Source of the DNA: Candidatus Moanibacter sp.
GTDB lineage: Bacteria; Verrucomicrobiota; Verrucomicrobiia; Opitutales; UBA2987
Assembly (NCBI GenBank): GCA_965215885.1
Contig: CBDCEW010000079.1
Location: forward strand, 25,926-89,925
Reading direction: 5' to 3'
DNA: 64,000 bases
Below, in pieces: positions 1 to 9,763 of this stretch. How positions within the stretch are numbered: the stretch's first letter is position 1; each line of letters starts with the position of its first letter. Position numbers and translations under genes: made by a program. The notes beneath the pieces are model-generated. The model was not told the DNA's origin. It did not search any database and worked only from the letters and a program-made list of their open reading frames with translations.

Positions 1-81
1 CGAAACCTGCCAGCCATAGGCTGGTCCGCCCGTGGCGGAGAACCTTAAACCGCCCGCTCGAAAGGCTTTTCGAATGGGGTC
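1..81 (+). mobile_element. Terminal fragment (transposase 3' end side) of another copy of the IS at 11896-13812, running off the window edge
   Basis: 1-81 is the reverse complement of the IS end at 35938-36018 and 11896-11976; it ends in the TIR ...ttttcgaatggggtc. Confidence 0.9.
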
Positions 82-723
82 CGACTAGAGAGACCCCGGA
101 AGATTTGTCGTTATAAAAACCCTTCATAGCTTAAGCCGTTCTATGGTTTAAAATTAAGATTTCGTTGCATACCCTGCAACACCGTTATCCAGAGTTGTGT
201 TGCTCTCTCGAGCAACTGCACGCGCTCAATTTTGCTATTACTAAAATACAGGTCGAAAAGATAAAAGCAATCCTCAACTGGCTTTCTGGAATAAAATTGA
301 GGATTTATCTTCCGGTCCCAGTGAGGGTCGCCAAAAGGATGTAAATTGTTGTATAAAAACCGCTTACAATACACAATGGGGGCAACACCCTACGTACCAT
401 AATGAGGGATCTAACCGATAGAGGTGGGGTATGGTAATGGCACTCCTGGGGGTTGCCCTACGGGTGCCAAGTGTCTCGCTGGTCGGTTATTCCCAAGGTA
501 GCATTCGGCCGCGACAAGAGATTTTAGCCGCCGTCGCCCAAAGACTTTGCCGTAGATGCACACGGTTTATAGCAGGGAACGCGCGCCACCCCGGCACCCG
601 TCTTCGCGCGAGGCAGGCAAGAACGGAGCAGCCAGAAATCAAAGGCACGCTAAACACGTACTAGAGCCTGTTCGAAAAGTGTAAAGACCCACTGATGTGA
701 GCGTAAACGGGGCAAGGAGAACT

Positions 724-3057
724 TTATGGGGTCCAGATACTCGCTATCGCGGTGTCGTATTGGGATTTACTCAAATCCTGGAATGCGGTGCGGCGATAGG
801 TGCGGAGGTTGGGTGAACCGGGAGGGTAGACGCCGTTGCGGAAGTTGTCATTGAAGCCCCAGTCGCGATTGGGCGCTTTGTAGTAATGATCGAAATCATC
901 CGGCATGGCTTCTACATGCACCTCACTCTCAAAGAGGGCGACGAGCGATCCGCGGATGGTCAAGGTAACATTTTTCCAATTTTCCAAAAACCGTGGGAAG
1001 TTGTGAGCGCCGCCACTCCGCTTGCCGGAAGGGGCACCCGTCACCGGATCGTCGGGAATCGATGGCTTGAGCCCGGTTAATATGGCCGTCGCAATTTCCA
1101 CAAAAACATCAGCGGAGGAATCGCCGCCGTTTTTGATTTTGCGCTGGCTATGACTGCCGTGATCGCTGTGTATGCGGTGATCATCTAACCATTCGTTGGA
1201 AAGAATGGTTAGAGCGTCAGAAACAACGGCGGCGGGGGGTTCGGAGGCGTCGTCGAGCAAATTAGCGTCGTCGGTGTGCGCGAAGCCGTTTGCGTTATAA
1301 TTGCCGACAATATACATGGGAGCGTTCGTGGCCACGGTGAGCCCGATCTCAGAGGTGTAGGAAGGACTCGGAAGTTCTTCACCATTGACAAGCTGTAACG
1401 CCAGGACCTTTTTATTCGCATTGTCAGCCGAATCGGAATATCTTTTCGCCTGCACGACCTTATCCACTCTCCCTCCCGAACTGGCCACGGTCGGAAATTC
1501 CACATAAACGACGCCATTCCAGTCGTTTGCCGGGACATAGTCCGAACAGGCACCACAACTGCCATTAGGATTGTCTGTTGTCCAATCAGTGGCATCATGG
1601 AGAGCGTGGTTATCGTCGACGAGCTTCGTCAATTTCTCGATGTTGATAGAGATCAAGTCCTGCTCCACATTTTCGCGGTGGTCATACATACCTTCAAGGA
1701 CATCACTACCGTCAAAGGAATAGCTCTCCACGGTAGCGTCCGATTCGAGCCCATCCCACTTTGTGATGTCGCCCCCGGCAGTTTTATCGTTTTCGAGGTC
1801 ACCGATCAAGCCGGTAGGTAGCTTCACCGGGATCTCAACGGGATCGCCGTTGGCGTCGAGGACGGGCGGGCTGCTCGAATCGAACGGATTCGTCCGGCTG
1901 TATCGATGTGCCGTCACCTTGAAAGTACTCGTATCATTTGGAGTGGCAATGGGTGCTTCCACTCGCAGAATAAGGCCCGCCTTAAAGGCGAATTTCTCCT
2001 TGCGCACATCCTCACCTTTGTAGTCCACGTGGAGCGTCGAAAGGACGGGCTCGATAACGGAATATCCGTAATTCTCCAGTTCATTGGGAAAGGTAAAGGG
2101 ATCGTCGGGCACATAGTTGGCGATGCCGATCGGATTGAGAGTGGGGACGCTGTGGTCGACGTCCTGCACATTCCCGTCCCAACGCTGGGAGGCCAATGCC
2201 CGCCAGTCCGAATCGCGATGATCGAGCCAGTCCGCGTCATTTTGCCAGCTTCCTGAGCCGTTATACATGTTCGTATTGGCGCCGGCCGCATCCTCGACAT
2301 TGACAGTGCCGGATTGGGAGTGTCCTCCCGTTCTCTTGTTACCGTGAAGGACCTGGCCGGCCGCGAAGACGCCTTCGTGGAAGTTGAGTTTGGCTTTCGA
2401 CTCGAGCCAGGCGTCGGTGTTGGTATGGACCGGACCGTGGACATCCATGTTCTCACCGGGGTGGAGTTCCATGTCCATGTTGTAGAAGATGGCATGGCCG
2501 AAGAGCGGGGCATCCCGCACCTGAAGTCTCTGCATGGTGCGGGCGCTCACATTGGATCCAACTCCGGTCGATCGGGCGGTGGCCAAACCGTAGACAACGA
2601 CGTCGCGCACGAAGACCCGCCTACCTTTGAGGGGATCGAATTCGTTGGCCGGATCGGCGGGGTCGATATAGATCCATTCCCCGGGCGGCACCATGCCGCC
2701 GTGCAACTCCACGTTGGCGGTGTCGATGTTGGTGCCGGACAAAAAGGTAGTGGAGGATGAAGGAAGCGCGAGCGGATTATTCTGCGGCGCCAATTCGTCG
2801 AGGGGAAAGGATGTCTGGTTCGTAAATCGCTGAATGAGCTCGGCGAATCCGTATTCCACGACCGACTCGGCGGCGTTCTTGGCGCTTTGGCGGCGCACAT
2901 GTTGAATATTGAGCCGCTTCTCGGTTATGCCCCAGCGCAGGGTGGTCCCCATAACGGTGAGCAGACCCATGCCGATAATGAGGATTGTCATGAGGGCGGA
3001 ACCCTTGCGCGGTTCGCCGGGCCACTGATTTGTGAGTATTTTATGTTCTGTATTCAT
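724..3057 (-). CDS. PilX-like minor pilin / large prepilin-signal protein (paralog 1)
   Basis: 777 aa. Class III signal PRKG^SALMTILIIGMGLL without Glu5, KNAAESVVEYG segment, C-terminal GGAHNFPRFLENW...YYKAPNRDWGF motif of PilX/HpsA-like proteins. Confidence 0.75.
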   Translation of the reverse strand: MNTEHKILTNQWPGEPRKGSALMTILIIGMGLLTVMGTTLRWGITEKRLNIQHVRRQSAKNAAESVVEYGFAELIQRFTNQTSFPLDELAPQNNPLALPSSSTTFLSGTNIDTANVELHGGMVPPGEWIYIDPADPANEFDPLKGRRVFVRDVVVYGLATARSTGVGSNVSARTMQRLQVRDAPLFGHAIFYNMDMELHPGENMDVHGPVHTNTDAWLESKAKLNFHEGVFAAGQVLHGNKRTGGHSQSGTVNVEDAAGANTNMYNGSGSWQNDADWLDHRDSDWRALASQRWDGNVQDVDHSVPTLNPIGIANYVPDDPFTFPNELENYGYSVIEPVLSTLHVDYKGEDVRKEKFAFKAGLILRVEAPIATPNDTSTFKVTAHRYSRTNPFDSSSPPVLDANGDPVEIPVKLPTGLIGDLENDKTAGGDITKWDGLESDATVESYSFDGSDVLEGMYDHRENVEQDLISINIEKLTKLVDDNHALHDATDWTTDNPNGSCGACSDYVPANDWNGVVYVEFPTVASSGGRVDKVVQAKRYSDSADNANKKVLALQLVNGEELPSPSYTSEIGLTVATNAPMYIVGNYNANGFAHTDDANLLDDASEPPAAVVSDALTILSNEWLDDHRIHSDHGSHSQRKIKNGGDSSADVFVEIATAILTGLKPSIPDDPVTGAPSGKRSGGAHNFPRFLENWKNVTLTIRGSLVALFESEVHVEAMPDDFDHYYKAPNRDWGFNDNFRNGVYPPGSPNLRTYRRTAFQDLSKSQYDTAIASIWTP

Positions 3058-3459
3058 TATTCTAATCTATTAGAGAAATCGTGAAGGTATTAGTGTCGGG
3101 AGACCTGGCCGGATCGTCGATGGGGGGGTGAATCCGGCTGATTTATCGATGGGCGGAGAAACCGTATCGAGCGGATTGGGATCATCGCAGTAGTAGATAA
3201 GCGCCAGAATAACTCCCCCTATCCCGGGCGTCGACATCGCGAATGTCGATAATCACTTCCTTGCCGTACCATTTTTCGTAATTATGCTACTCTCTCGAAT
3301 TCCTGTCGCGCAGGATTCTAGCACTTCGCATATACAAAATTAAAAAAAAGCAATCCTAAAATTGCTTCCGGGTTAAAATTGAGGATTTTAACCGATGGGG
3401 GGGTGCGGTAGAAAAAATCGCGTCGATTGTCCTACGAAGGACTCGCCTGGCAACTATTT

Positions 3460-4149
3460 CTACTCTTCTTCCTCTGCCACGATTCCCATGGTGAAGAAAA
3501 ATTGCTCGAAGCTCTTCTTCGCTAGATCGAGCTTGCCTTCCGGGCCGGAAAAGCTGCCAACAATAAGGTCGTGCTCGACCTTAATAAAATACTCGTAGTG
3601 GATTGTACGCCCCTGGCCGCCGGGAGCGGGAAGGGCATAAACGACTACCCGGTTCGATCGATCGAGAGGTTGGGTAGTCTGGCCCGCGGGGCGGTACTGT
3701 CCGTCGTCGTTGAGGAACTCAACGCGGGTTTTGTACTTTATCTTGAGACCCTCAATATAGCCTTTGATCGACTTCGGTTCGATATCGGGAAGGAACTCGT
3801 CCTTCCTGAATAGACTCATGGAACAAGTGACATTCCGGTTGCCCCGGAAATAGAAGCTGATGGAAGTCTGACTATCCGATTTGCGCGCCCAATTATTGGG
3901 AACCGCCGTTGCAATCTCAAATTCAGGGGTTTGAATTCGAAAATCCTGCCCGTCCAGACCATCCATGAAGAATTTCCTTACCCGGGATGAGAAGGGAACG
4001 CGCGGGGTTTTTGGCTTCATGTATATAGGCCCATCGTACTCCTCCTCTTCCTCTTCCGTTTGGGCGAAGAGAGGGCTGCTCATCGTCAGGCAGGCCAACC
4101 CGATAAACAAAATAAAACCTTTTAAGAGCTTCACATATAATTTCTTCAT
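3460..4149 (-). CDS. Exported hypothetical protein
   Basis: 229 aa. Sec signal (MKKLYVKLLKGFILFIGLACL...PLFA^Q) followed by an acidic tract; lies between the two PilX-like genes on the same strand. Confidence 0.7.
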   Translation of the reverse strand: MKKLYVKLLKGFILFIGLACLTMSSPLFAQTEEEEEEYDGPIYMKPKTPRVPFSSRVRKFFMDGLDGQDFRIQTPEFEIATAVPNNWARKSDSQTSISFYFRGNRNVTCSMSLFRKDEFLPDIEPKSIKGYIEGLKIKYKTRVEFLNDDGQYRPAGQTTQPLDRSNRVVVYALPAPGGQGRTIHYEYFIKVEHDLIVGSFSGPEGKLDLAKKSFEQFFFTMGIVAEEEE

Positions 4150-4476
4150 TTGGATATGCGTATCTTGTCCCCGATATTGAGAAATCCTGGAAGAGGGGAA
4201 TATTAGTAACCGGAACCCGGGTCAACTTCTGTTTTTTAATTCTTCCGGGAAACTATCGACAGGAGCCAGCCCGCGCGATCGGATCGTGCGAAAACTCTCC
4301 CCGACTTTTAAGGTGTTTTCGCCACCCAATTTTCACCCTGGTGGCGGTTTACGGCAGGAAAAAGCACCGATGATTCAATCATTCGACCCTCACTCGCTTC
4401 GTTCCGGGCTCTCTTCTCCCGCTTGGTGGAAGAAGGGCGTCCCTTCAAGAACGAGTTCCGGACGAGGCGTAGAGCC

Positions 4477-6816
4477 CTACGGGGCCCAGATATCCGCTAC
4501 CGCGGTATCGTAATCGGATTTGGTCATATCCTGGAATTTGGTGCGGCGAAATGTGCGAGCGTTGGGTGAACCGGGAGGATAGACGCCGTTACGGAAGTTA
4601 TCATTGAAGCCCCAGTCGCGTATAGGCGGGCTGTAGTAATGGCCGAAATCATTCGGCATGGCATCTTCATGCACCTCGCTCTCGAAGAGGGCGACAAGAG
4701 ATCCTCGGATGGTTAAGGTAACACCGGACCATTTTTCCAGAAAGCGCGGGAAGTTGTGGGCGCCGCCGCTCTGCGTGCCGGAGGACGCGCCGGTCACCGG
4801 ATCGTCCGGAATCGATGGCTTAAGACCGGTCAATATGGCAGCGGAAACTTCGGTGAATCCTTCGCTGGCTGCTTCGCCAGTGTCTTTAACCTTTCTTTGA
4901 CTGGTATTGTTGTCATTGCTGTCCTCTCGGTGCTTATCGTCGGTGAACCACTCGTTGGAAAGAATAGTGACGGAGTCCGCAACGACGGCAGCGGGTGGTT
5001 CGTTGGCGTTGTCGAGCGTATTTGCGTCGTTGGTGTGGGAGGTTCCGTCCGCGTTATAATTGCCCGCGATATACATAGGGCCGTTCGTAGCCAAGGTGAG
5101 CCCGATCTCAGAGGTGTAGGAAGGTCTCGGCAAACCATTATAATCGGAGGTGTCGCCATTTATCAGCTGCAGACCCAAAATCAGCTCGTTCGCAGCGCCA
5201 GTTGAATCGTCATACCTTCGGGCTTTGACAACCTTATCCACTCTTCCACCCGAATTGGCCACTGTTGGGTATTCAACGTAGACGACGCCATTCCAGTCCG
5301 TAGATGGGACAAAATCCGCACAACCCCCACTACAAGGGCTTGTAGTGCCTCCATCGTCCCAATCTGTTTCCCAATCCTCGGGTTTATAGCCACCCGAAGC
5401 CGTGTCGTCGACCAATTCAGTGAGACGATCGATGTTCAAAGAAAGCATAGCCTGCTCGACATTCTCCCGGTGGTCAAACAACCCACCGTCAACAAGGTTG
5501 CTACTATCCTCGTTGTAATTTTCAAAGAAAGCGGGGGCTTCAATATCGTCTCCACCGCTAGAGGCGTCACCGATTAATTTCTCGGGAAGATTGACTCGGA
5601 TCATAACCGGGTCGCCGTTGGCGTCGAGGACGGGCGGGCTGGTCGGATCAAGCGGATTTGTTCGAGAATACTTGTAGGCCTCGACTTGGAAGGTACTCGG
5701 ATCGGCACCGGCATTTTCGTTCACTTTAAGAATGAGCCCGGCCTTGAAGGCGAATTTTTCTTTGCGCACAGCCTCGCCCTTGAAATCCGCGTGGGTCGTT
5801 GAGAGAACCGGCTCGATAACGGCATAACCGTAATTCTCCAGTTCATTCGGAACGGTAAAGGGATCGTCGGGCACATAGTCGGTGATTCCGATAGGATTGA
5901 GGGTGGGGACGCTGTGGTCGGCGTCCTGCACATTGCCGTCCCAACGCTGGGAAGCCAATTCCCGCCAGTCCGTATCGCGATGATCGAGCCAGCTCGTGTC
6001 CAAAGTCCAGGTGCCGCCGTTATACATGTTCTGATCGGTGCCGGCGGCATCCTTGACATTAACGGTTCCGGATTGGGAGTGTCCTCCTGTTCTCTTGTTG
6101 CCGTGAAGGACCTGTCCCGCCGCGAAGACGCCTTCGTGAAAAGTGATATTGTTAGCGGCCTGGAGCCAGGCGTCGGTGTTGGAATGGACCGGACCGTAGA
6201 GATTCATGGCCGGACCGGGGTGGAGTTCCAGATCCATATTGTAAAAGATGGCATGGCCGAAAAGTGGGGCATCCCGCACCTGAAGCTTCTGCATTGTGTA
6301 AGCGCTGACATCGGTTCCAACTCCGTTCGATTTCGCGGTGGCCGTACCGTAGACCACGACGTCGCGCACGAAGACCCGCTTGCCCTTAAGGGGATCGAAT
6401 TCGTTGGCCGGATCGGAGGGGTCGATGTAGACCCATTGACCAGGCGGCACCTGGCCGCCGTGCAACTCCGCAGTGGCGGTGTCGATGTTGGTGGAGCCAA
6501 AGAACGTGGCGAAGGATGAAGGAAGCGCGAGCGGATCATTCTGCGGTGACAATTCGTCGAGGGCAAACGATGTCTGGCTACTGAATCGCTGAATGAGATC
6601 GGCGAATCCGTATTCCACGATCGACTCGGCGGCGTTTTTGGCGCTATGGCGGCGTATGTGTTGAATATTGATCCGTTTCTCGGTTATGCCCCAGCGCAGG
6701 GAGACCCCCATAACGGTGAGCAGGCCCACGCCGATCATCAGAATTGTCATGAGGGCGGAACCCTTGCGCGGTTCGCGAGGCCACGGACTTGTGATTTTGT
6801 TTTGTCTTGTATTCAT
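4477..6816 (-). CDS. PilX-like minor pilin / large prepilin-signal protein (paralog 2)
   Basis: Start moved to ATG 6816 (MNTRQNK; aligns with paralog 1; aagagg upstream). Same RKG^SALMTIL signal and GGAHNFPRFLEKW motif. Confidence 0.75.
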   Translation of the reverse strand: MNTRQNKITSPWPREPRKGSALMTILMIGVGLLTVMGVSLRWGITEKRINIQHIRRHSAKNAAESIVEYGFADLIQRFSSQTSFALDELSPQNDPLALPSSFATFFGSTNIDTATAELHGGQVPPGQWVYIDPSDPANEFDPLKGKRVFVRDVVVYGTATAKSNGVGTDVSAYTMQKLQVRDAPLFGHAIFYNMDLELHPGPAMNLYGPVHSNTDAWLQAANNITFHEGVFAAGQVLHGNKRTGGHSQSGTVNVKDAAGTDQNMYNGGTWTLDTSWLDHRDTDWRELASQRWDGNVQDADHSVPTLNPIGITDYVPDDPFTVPNELENYGYAVIEPVLSTTHADFKGEAVRKEKFAFKAGLILKVNENAGADPSTFQVEAYKYSRTNPLDPTSPPVLDANGDPVMIRVNLPEKLIGDASSGGDDIEAPAFFENYNEDSSNLVDGGLFDHRENVEQAMLSLNIDRLTELVDDTASGGYKPEDWETDWDDGGTTSPCSGGCADFVPSTDWNGVVYVEYPTVANSGGRVDKVVKARRYDDSTGAANELILGLQLINGDTSDYNGLPRPSYTSEIGLTLATNGPMYIAGNYNADGTSHTNDANTLDNANEPPAAVVADSVTILSNEWFTDDKHREDSNDNNTSQRKVKDTGEAASEGFTEVSAAILTGLKPSIPDDPVTGASSGTQSGGAHNFPRFLEKWSGVTLTIRGSLVALFESEVHEDAMPNDFGHYYSPPIRDWGFNDNFRNGVYPPGSPNARTFRRTKFQDMTKSDYDTAVADIWAP

Positions 6817-6940
6817 TGTTTTAACCTCTTGGTGATTCTGATCCCGAGAAATGAAGCGCGTCAGGCGATGGCTCAACGCATGCAAAGCAGGGAAGCGAAA
6901 AGCCCTTACCGATTACGCAAAGAAACCTTCGAGCCCGCTT

Positions 6941-7408
6941 TTAAGAGTGTTTCGGAGAGGCTTTAACGGCCAACTTTTGAAATGGAATGTCGCTCCCAAT
7001 TTCCTTCGCTTTTTCCGTTTCTCCCGATCCTCCGTCTCCACTCAGAAGTCTCTCAATTTCAGCGAGTAACAGTTCTATATCAACAATTGGCTTGCTCACG
7101 TAACCATTAAAACCTGCTTCTAAAAACCTTAATTCGTCCCCCACCAGGGCGTGAGCCGTCACCGCTATGCTTGGTATTTTTTCAAACCTGTCCGTTTCCC
7201 GAATGGTTCTCAACAGCTCTACGCCATCCATACCCGGTAAACTTATATCCAGAAGGAAAATGTCAGGTAGCGTTATGTCACGCTGTTCCAAATAAGAAAG
7301 CAGTGTTGGGCCGTCTTCAAACGATGTAACAGCGTAACTATCAGAGAGATAGTCATGGGTTAAGTCAGCGTTATCCCTGTTGTCTTCGACTAAATATACT
7401 TTCTTCAT
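6941..7408 (-). CDS. Single-domain response regulator (CheY/DivK-like receiver)
   Basis: LVEDN acidic pair, LLDISLPGMDG phosphoacceptor Asp, AVTAHA, YVSKP Lys; no output domain. Confidence 0.92.
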   Translation of the reverse strand: MKKVYLVEDNRDNADLTHDYLSDSYAVTSFEDGPTLLSYLEQRDITLPDIFLLDISLPGMDGVELLRTIRETDRFEKIPSIAVTAHALVGDELRFLEAGFNGYVSKPIVDIELLLAEIERLLSGDGGSGETEKAKEIGSDIPFQKLAVKASPKHS

Positions 7409-7630
7409 TGAATCTCAGCAAAACCTGCCAGTCTTCCTTCGAATGACTCTTCGGCCATTTCCCACGATGATGAAGCGGTTTTTCTGTTCCCTCTTTTGTT
7501 GTTATCGAAAAAGATCACCTTACTAACCGGCCGATCGGCCACGAAGGCCTGGTGATTCAGCGCCTTGCCGATCCCGCCAAATGCTTATCTTTCTGAAAAT
7601 ATCGACTATTAAGCAGGTTCCGTTCCCACT

Positions 7631-7673
7631 AGAACCTTAAACCGCCCGCTCGAAAGGCTTTTCGAATGGGGTC
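7631..7673 (+). mobile_element. Isolated 43-bp end fragment of the IS at 11896-13812
   Basis: agaaccttaaaccgcccgctcgaaaggcttttcgaatggggtc is identical to 39-81. Confidence 0.85.
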
Positions 7674-7813
7674 AATTCGTAATTGATTGATTATCAATTT
7701 TTTAAACAATTTTGACACTTTCCTTATAAACACTTTACACATTCAACGGGATGTTCGGAAAACGCCGCTTTATCCTGGGAGTTTATAGGACATTGGGTCC
7801 GACAGATTCCTAA

Positions 7814-9250
7814 TCAGGCGAGGTCTTCGCTTGCCGTGTCGGCCTCTTGGGGCACTTCGACGCACTGGATCGTGAAATCGAAAACGGAACCCTTACCGGG
7901 CTCGCTCCAGACGGTGATTTCGCCGCCCATCAACTCGACGAGATTTTTCGAGACGGCGAGGCCCAAGCTCATCCCGCCGTCCCCTTCGTCGGGGCCACTC
8001 TCCCTATGCGAGAACGGCAAGAAGAGCTCGGCCCGCGTTTTCTCGTCAATTCCGACGCCGGTATCCGTAACGGAGAATTTCAGGCCGGTGCCGCCATTTG
8101 TGCGACCGCCGGAATCCACATTGACTTCGATCCCGCCTTTTTTGGTAAATTTAACCGCATTTCCGATGAGGTTGTTAAGAATCTGCCACAAGCGCGTCGG
8201 ATCTGTTATGACGAGCTCGGGAACATTATCCGCGATTTCACAGGAGAGGTTCAGCCCCTTTTCATTGGTATTCACACGCTGGAGTTCGACGGATTCTTCG
8301 ACTAAATTGTGGAGGTTCAATTTCCTTTCTTCCAATTCCAACTGATTCGTTTCGATCTTGGAGAGTTCAAGCACGTTATCGAAAACGAGAAGCATATCCC
8401 GGCCGTTGCGATTGATTTTCTCGGCGCGGGAAACATGCTCCGAAGAAAGGTCTCCATGTGCGTTTTTCTTCAGGATGTCGGAAAAGCCGATAATTGAATT
8501 CAGCTGGGTGCGCATCTGGAGACTCACGTTAGACATGAACTCGCGGCGCTCAGTGACAGCGGTGTCGGCCCTCTCCTGCTGGAGCAAGAGCGCCTTATCG
8601 AGGAGCCTTCGACTCTCAACTTCCCTTTTTAATGTGACCTTTTCACTAACGTTAATACGCTCCTGTTTTTCGTTCCGATCCGCAATATAGCCCATGATGA
8701 GCAAAAAAACAGCAAGAACGAGGACGCTATGGAAAAGGGAGTATCCGAAGTAAATAAAAACCTGCACGCACAGAGGAGAGACAGCAGACAGGAGAAACAC
8801 CCAGAAAACCGGTAGAACCGGGGATAGAACCGACGAGGCAAGCGCGGTTACAGCGCCCGTAGCCAAAAGGAGGAAAACTAATTGAGCTGCATTGTCGTAG
8901 GGAAAAAACAAACCGCAGAACGCGCCCCAACCTGTCCCGATAAGAAGGCTGCCTAAGATAAGACCATTTACCCACCCCCTGGCTTTCAGCTCTTTATCCG
9001 GATCCGCAAGCATCTTCCTCAGGATGAAATAGGAGGCCAGGCACACCACCCCCATGTAAAGCAACCAGGTGTAGACCGCTCGCGGCGACCACTCCCTGGA
9101 AAACCAGATAGCGGAAAATAAGGAGATCGCTAAAAGAATAAGCACCCCCCTCCGGCTCTCCCGAATTACGGTTTCGACTTGAGCCGCAAAGAAAACTTCG
9201 CCAATGGGAGTCTCCTGAACGGGCCTTTGTTCTTTTTGTTTATTGGACAT
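7814..9250 (-). CDS. Membrane sensor histidine kinase-like protein (HisKA-HATPase_c) lacking the phosphoacceptor His
   Basis: Multi-TM N-terminus; H-box reads FMSNVSLQMRTQLN; N box QILNNLIGNAVKFT; G1 DTGVGI; degenerate G2 GGMSLGLAVS. Confidence 0.9.
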   Translation of the reverse strand: MSNKQKEQRPVQETPIGEVFFAAQVETVIRESRRGVLILLAISLFSAIWFSREWSPRAVYTWLLYMGVVCLASYFILRKMLADPDKELKARGWVNGLILGSLLIGTGWGAFCGLFFPYDNAAQLVFLLLATGAVTALASSVLSPVLPVFWVFLLSAVSPLCVQVFIYFGYSLFHSVLVLAVFLLIMGYIADRNEKQERINVSEKVTLKREVESRRLLDKALLLQQERADTAVTERREFMSNVSLQMRTQLNSIIGFSDILKKNAHGDLSSEHVSRAEKINRNGRDMLLVFDNVLELSKIETNQLELEERKLNLHNLVEESVELQRVNTNEKGLNLSCEIADNVPELVITDPTRLWQILNNLIGNAVKFTKKGGIEVNVDSGGRTNGGTGLKFSVTDTGVGIDEKTRAELFLPFSHRESGPDEGDGGMSLGLAVSKNLVELMGGEITVWSEPGKGSVFDFTIQCVEVPQEADTASEDLA

Positions 9251-9763
9251 CCTGATTGGAAAATCTCGGTCGATCTCGATTGAGGGAGCAGCTACAGAAT
9301 CTTGAATAAACCGTCTTCTTAAACGGTTTCATGGTTTAGACTTGAGATTTCGCTCGAAATCCCGCAGCACCGTAATTCAGATTCGTGCTACTATATCGAA
9401 ACCAAGTCGCCCTGTATTTTGCACCGCATAACATACAGGATGAGAAAGGAATATCAAGCATCAACTGGCTTCGGACGATCGTTTTAGGATAAATTTACAT
9501 ATCCGTCATCATTTCGCGGCGAGACGATTCGGTCGACTGGGTGACTCCGAAGATCGGTTATAACGGCGGAAACTTTAAGACTATAAACGTAGGGATCTGT
9601 CGTACCCTGGGGTCCGTACGTGGTTAGCGTAATGCTTTCGACTGCCGGCTGCCCCGGTCTTGTGCCCATCGTTCTGAATTTCGGTTGGCACGCAAATTGC
9701 GTGGAGTTCTCTGGTTAGAGCATGAAGAAAATGGGGAGCAGAGGGAGGGCACTGGAGTCGTTG

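Noticed and set aside
141..664. Short ORFs 141-374 and 431-664
   Set aside because: No recognisable motifs; the second runs through a repeat arm
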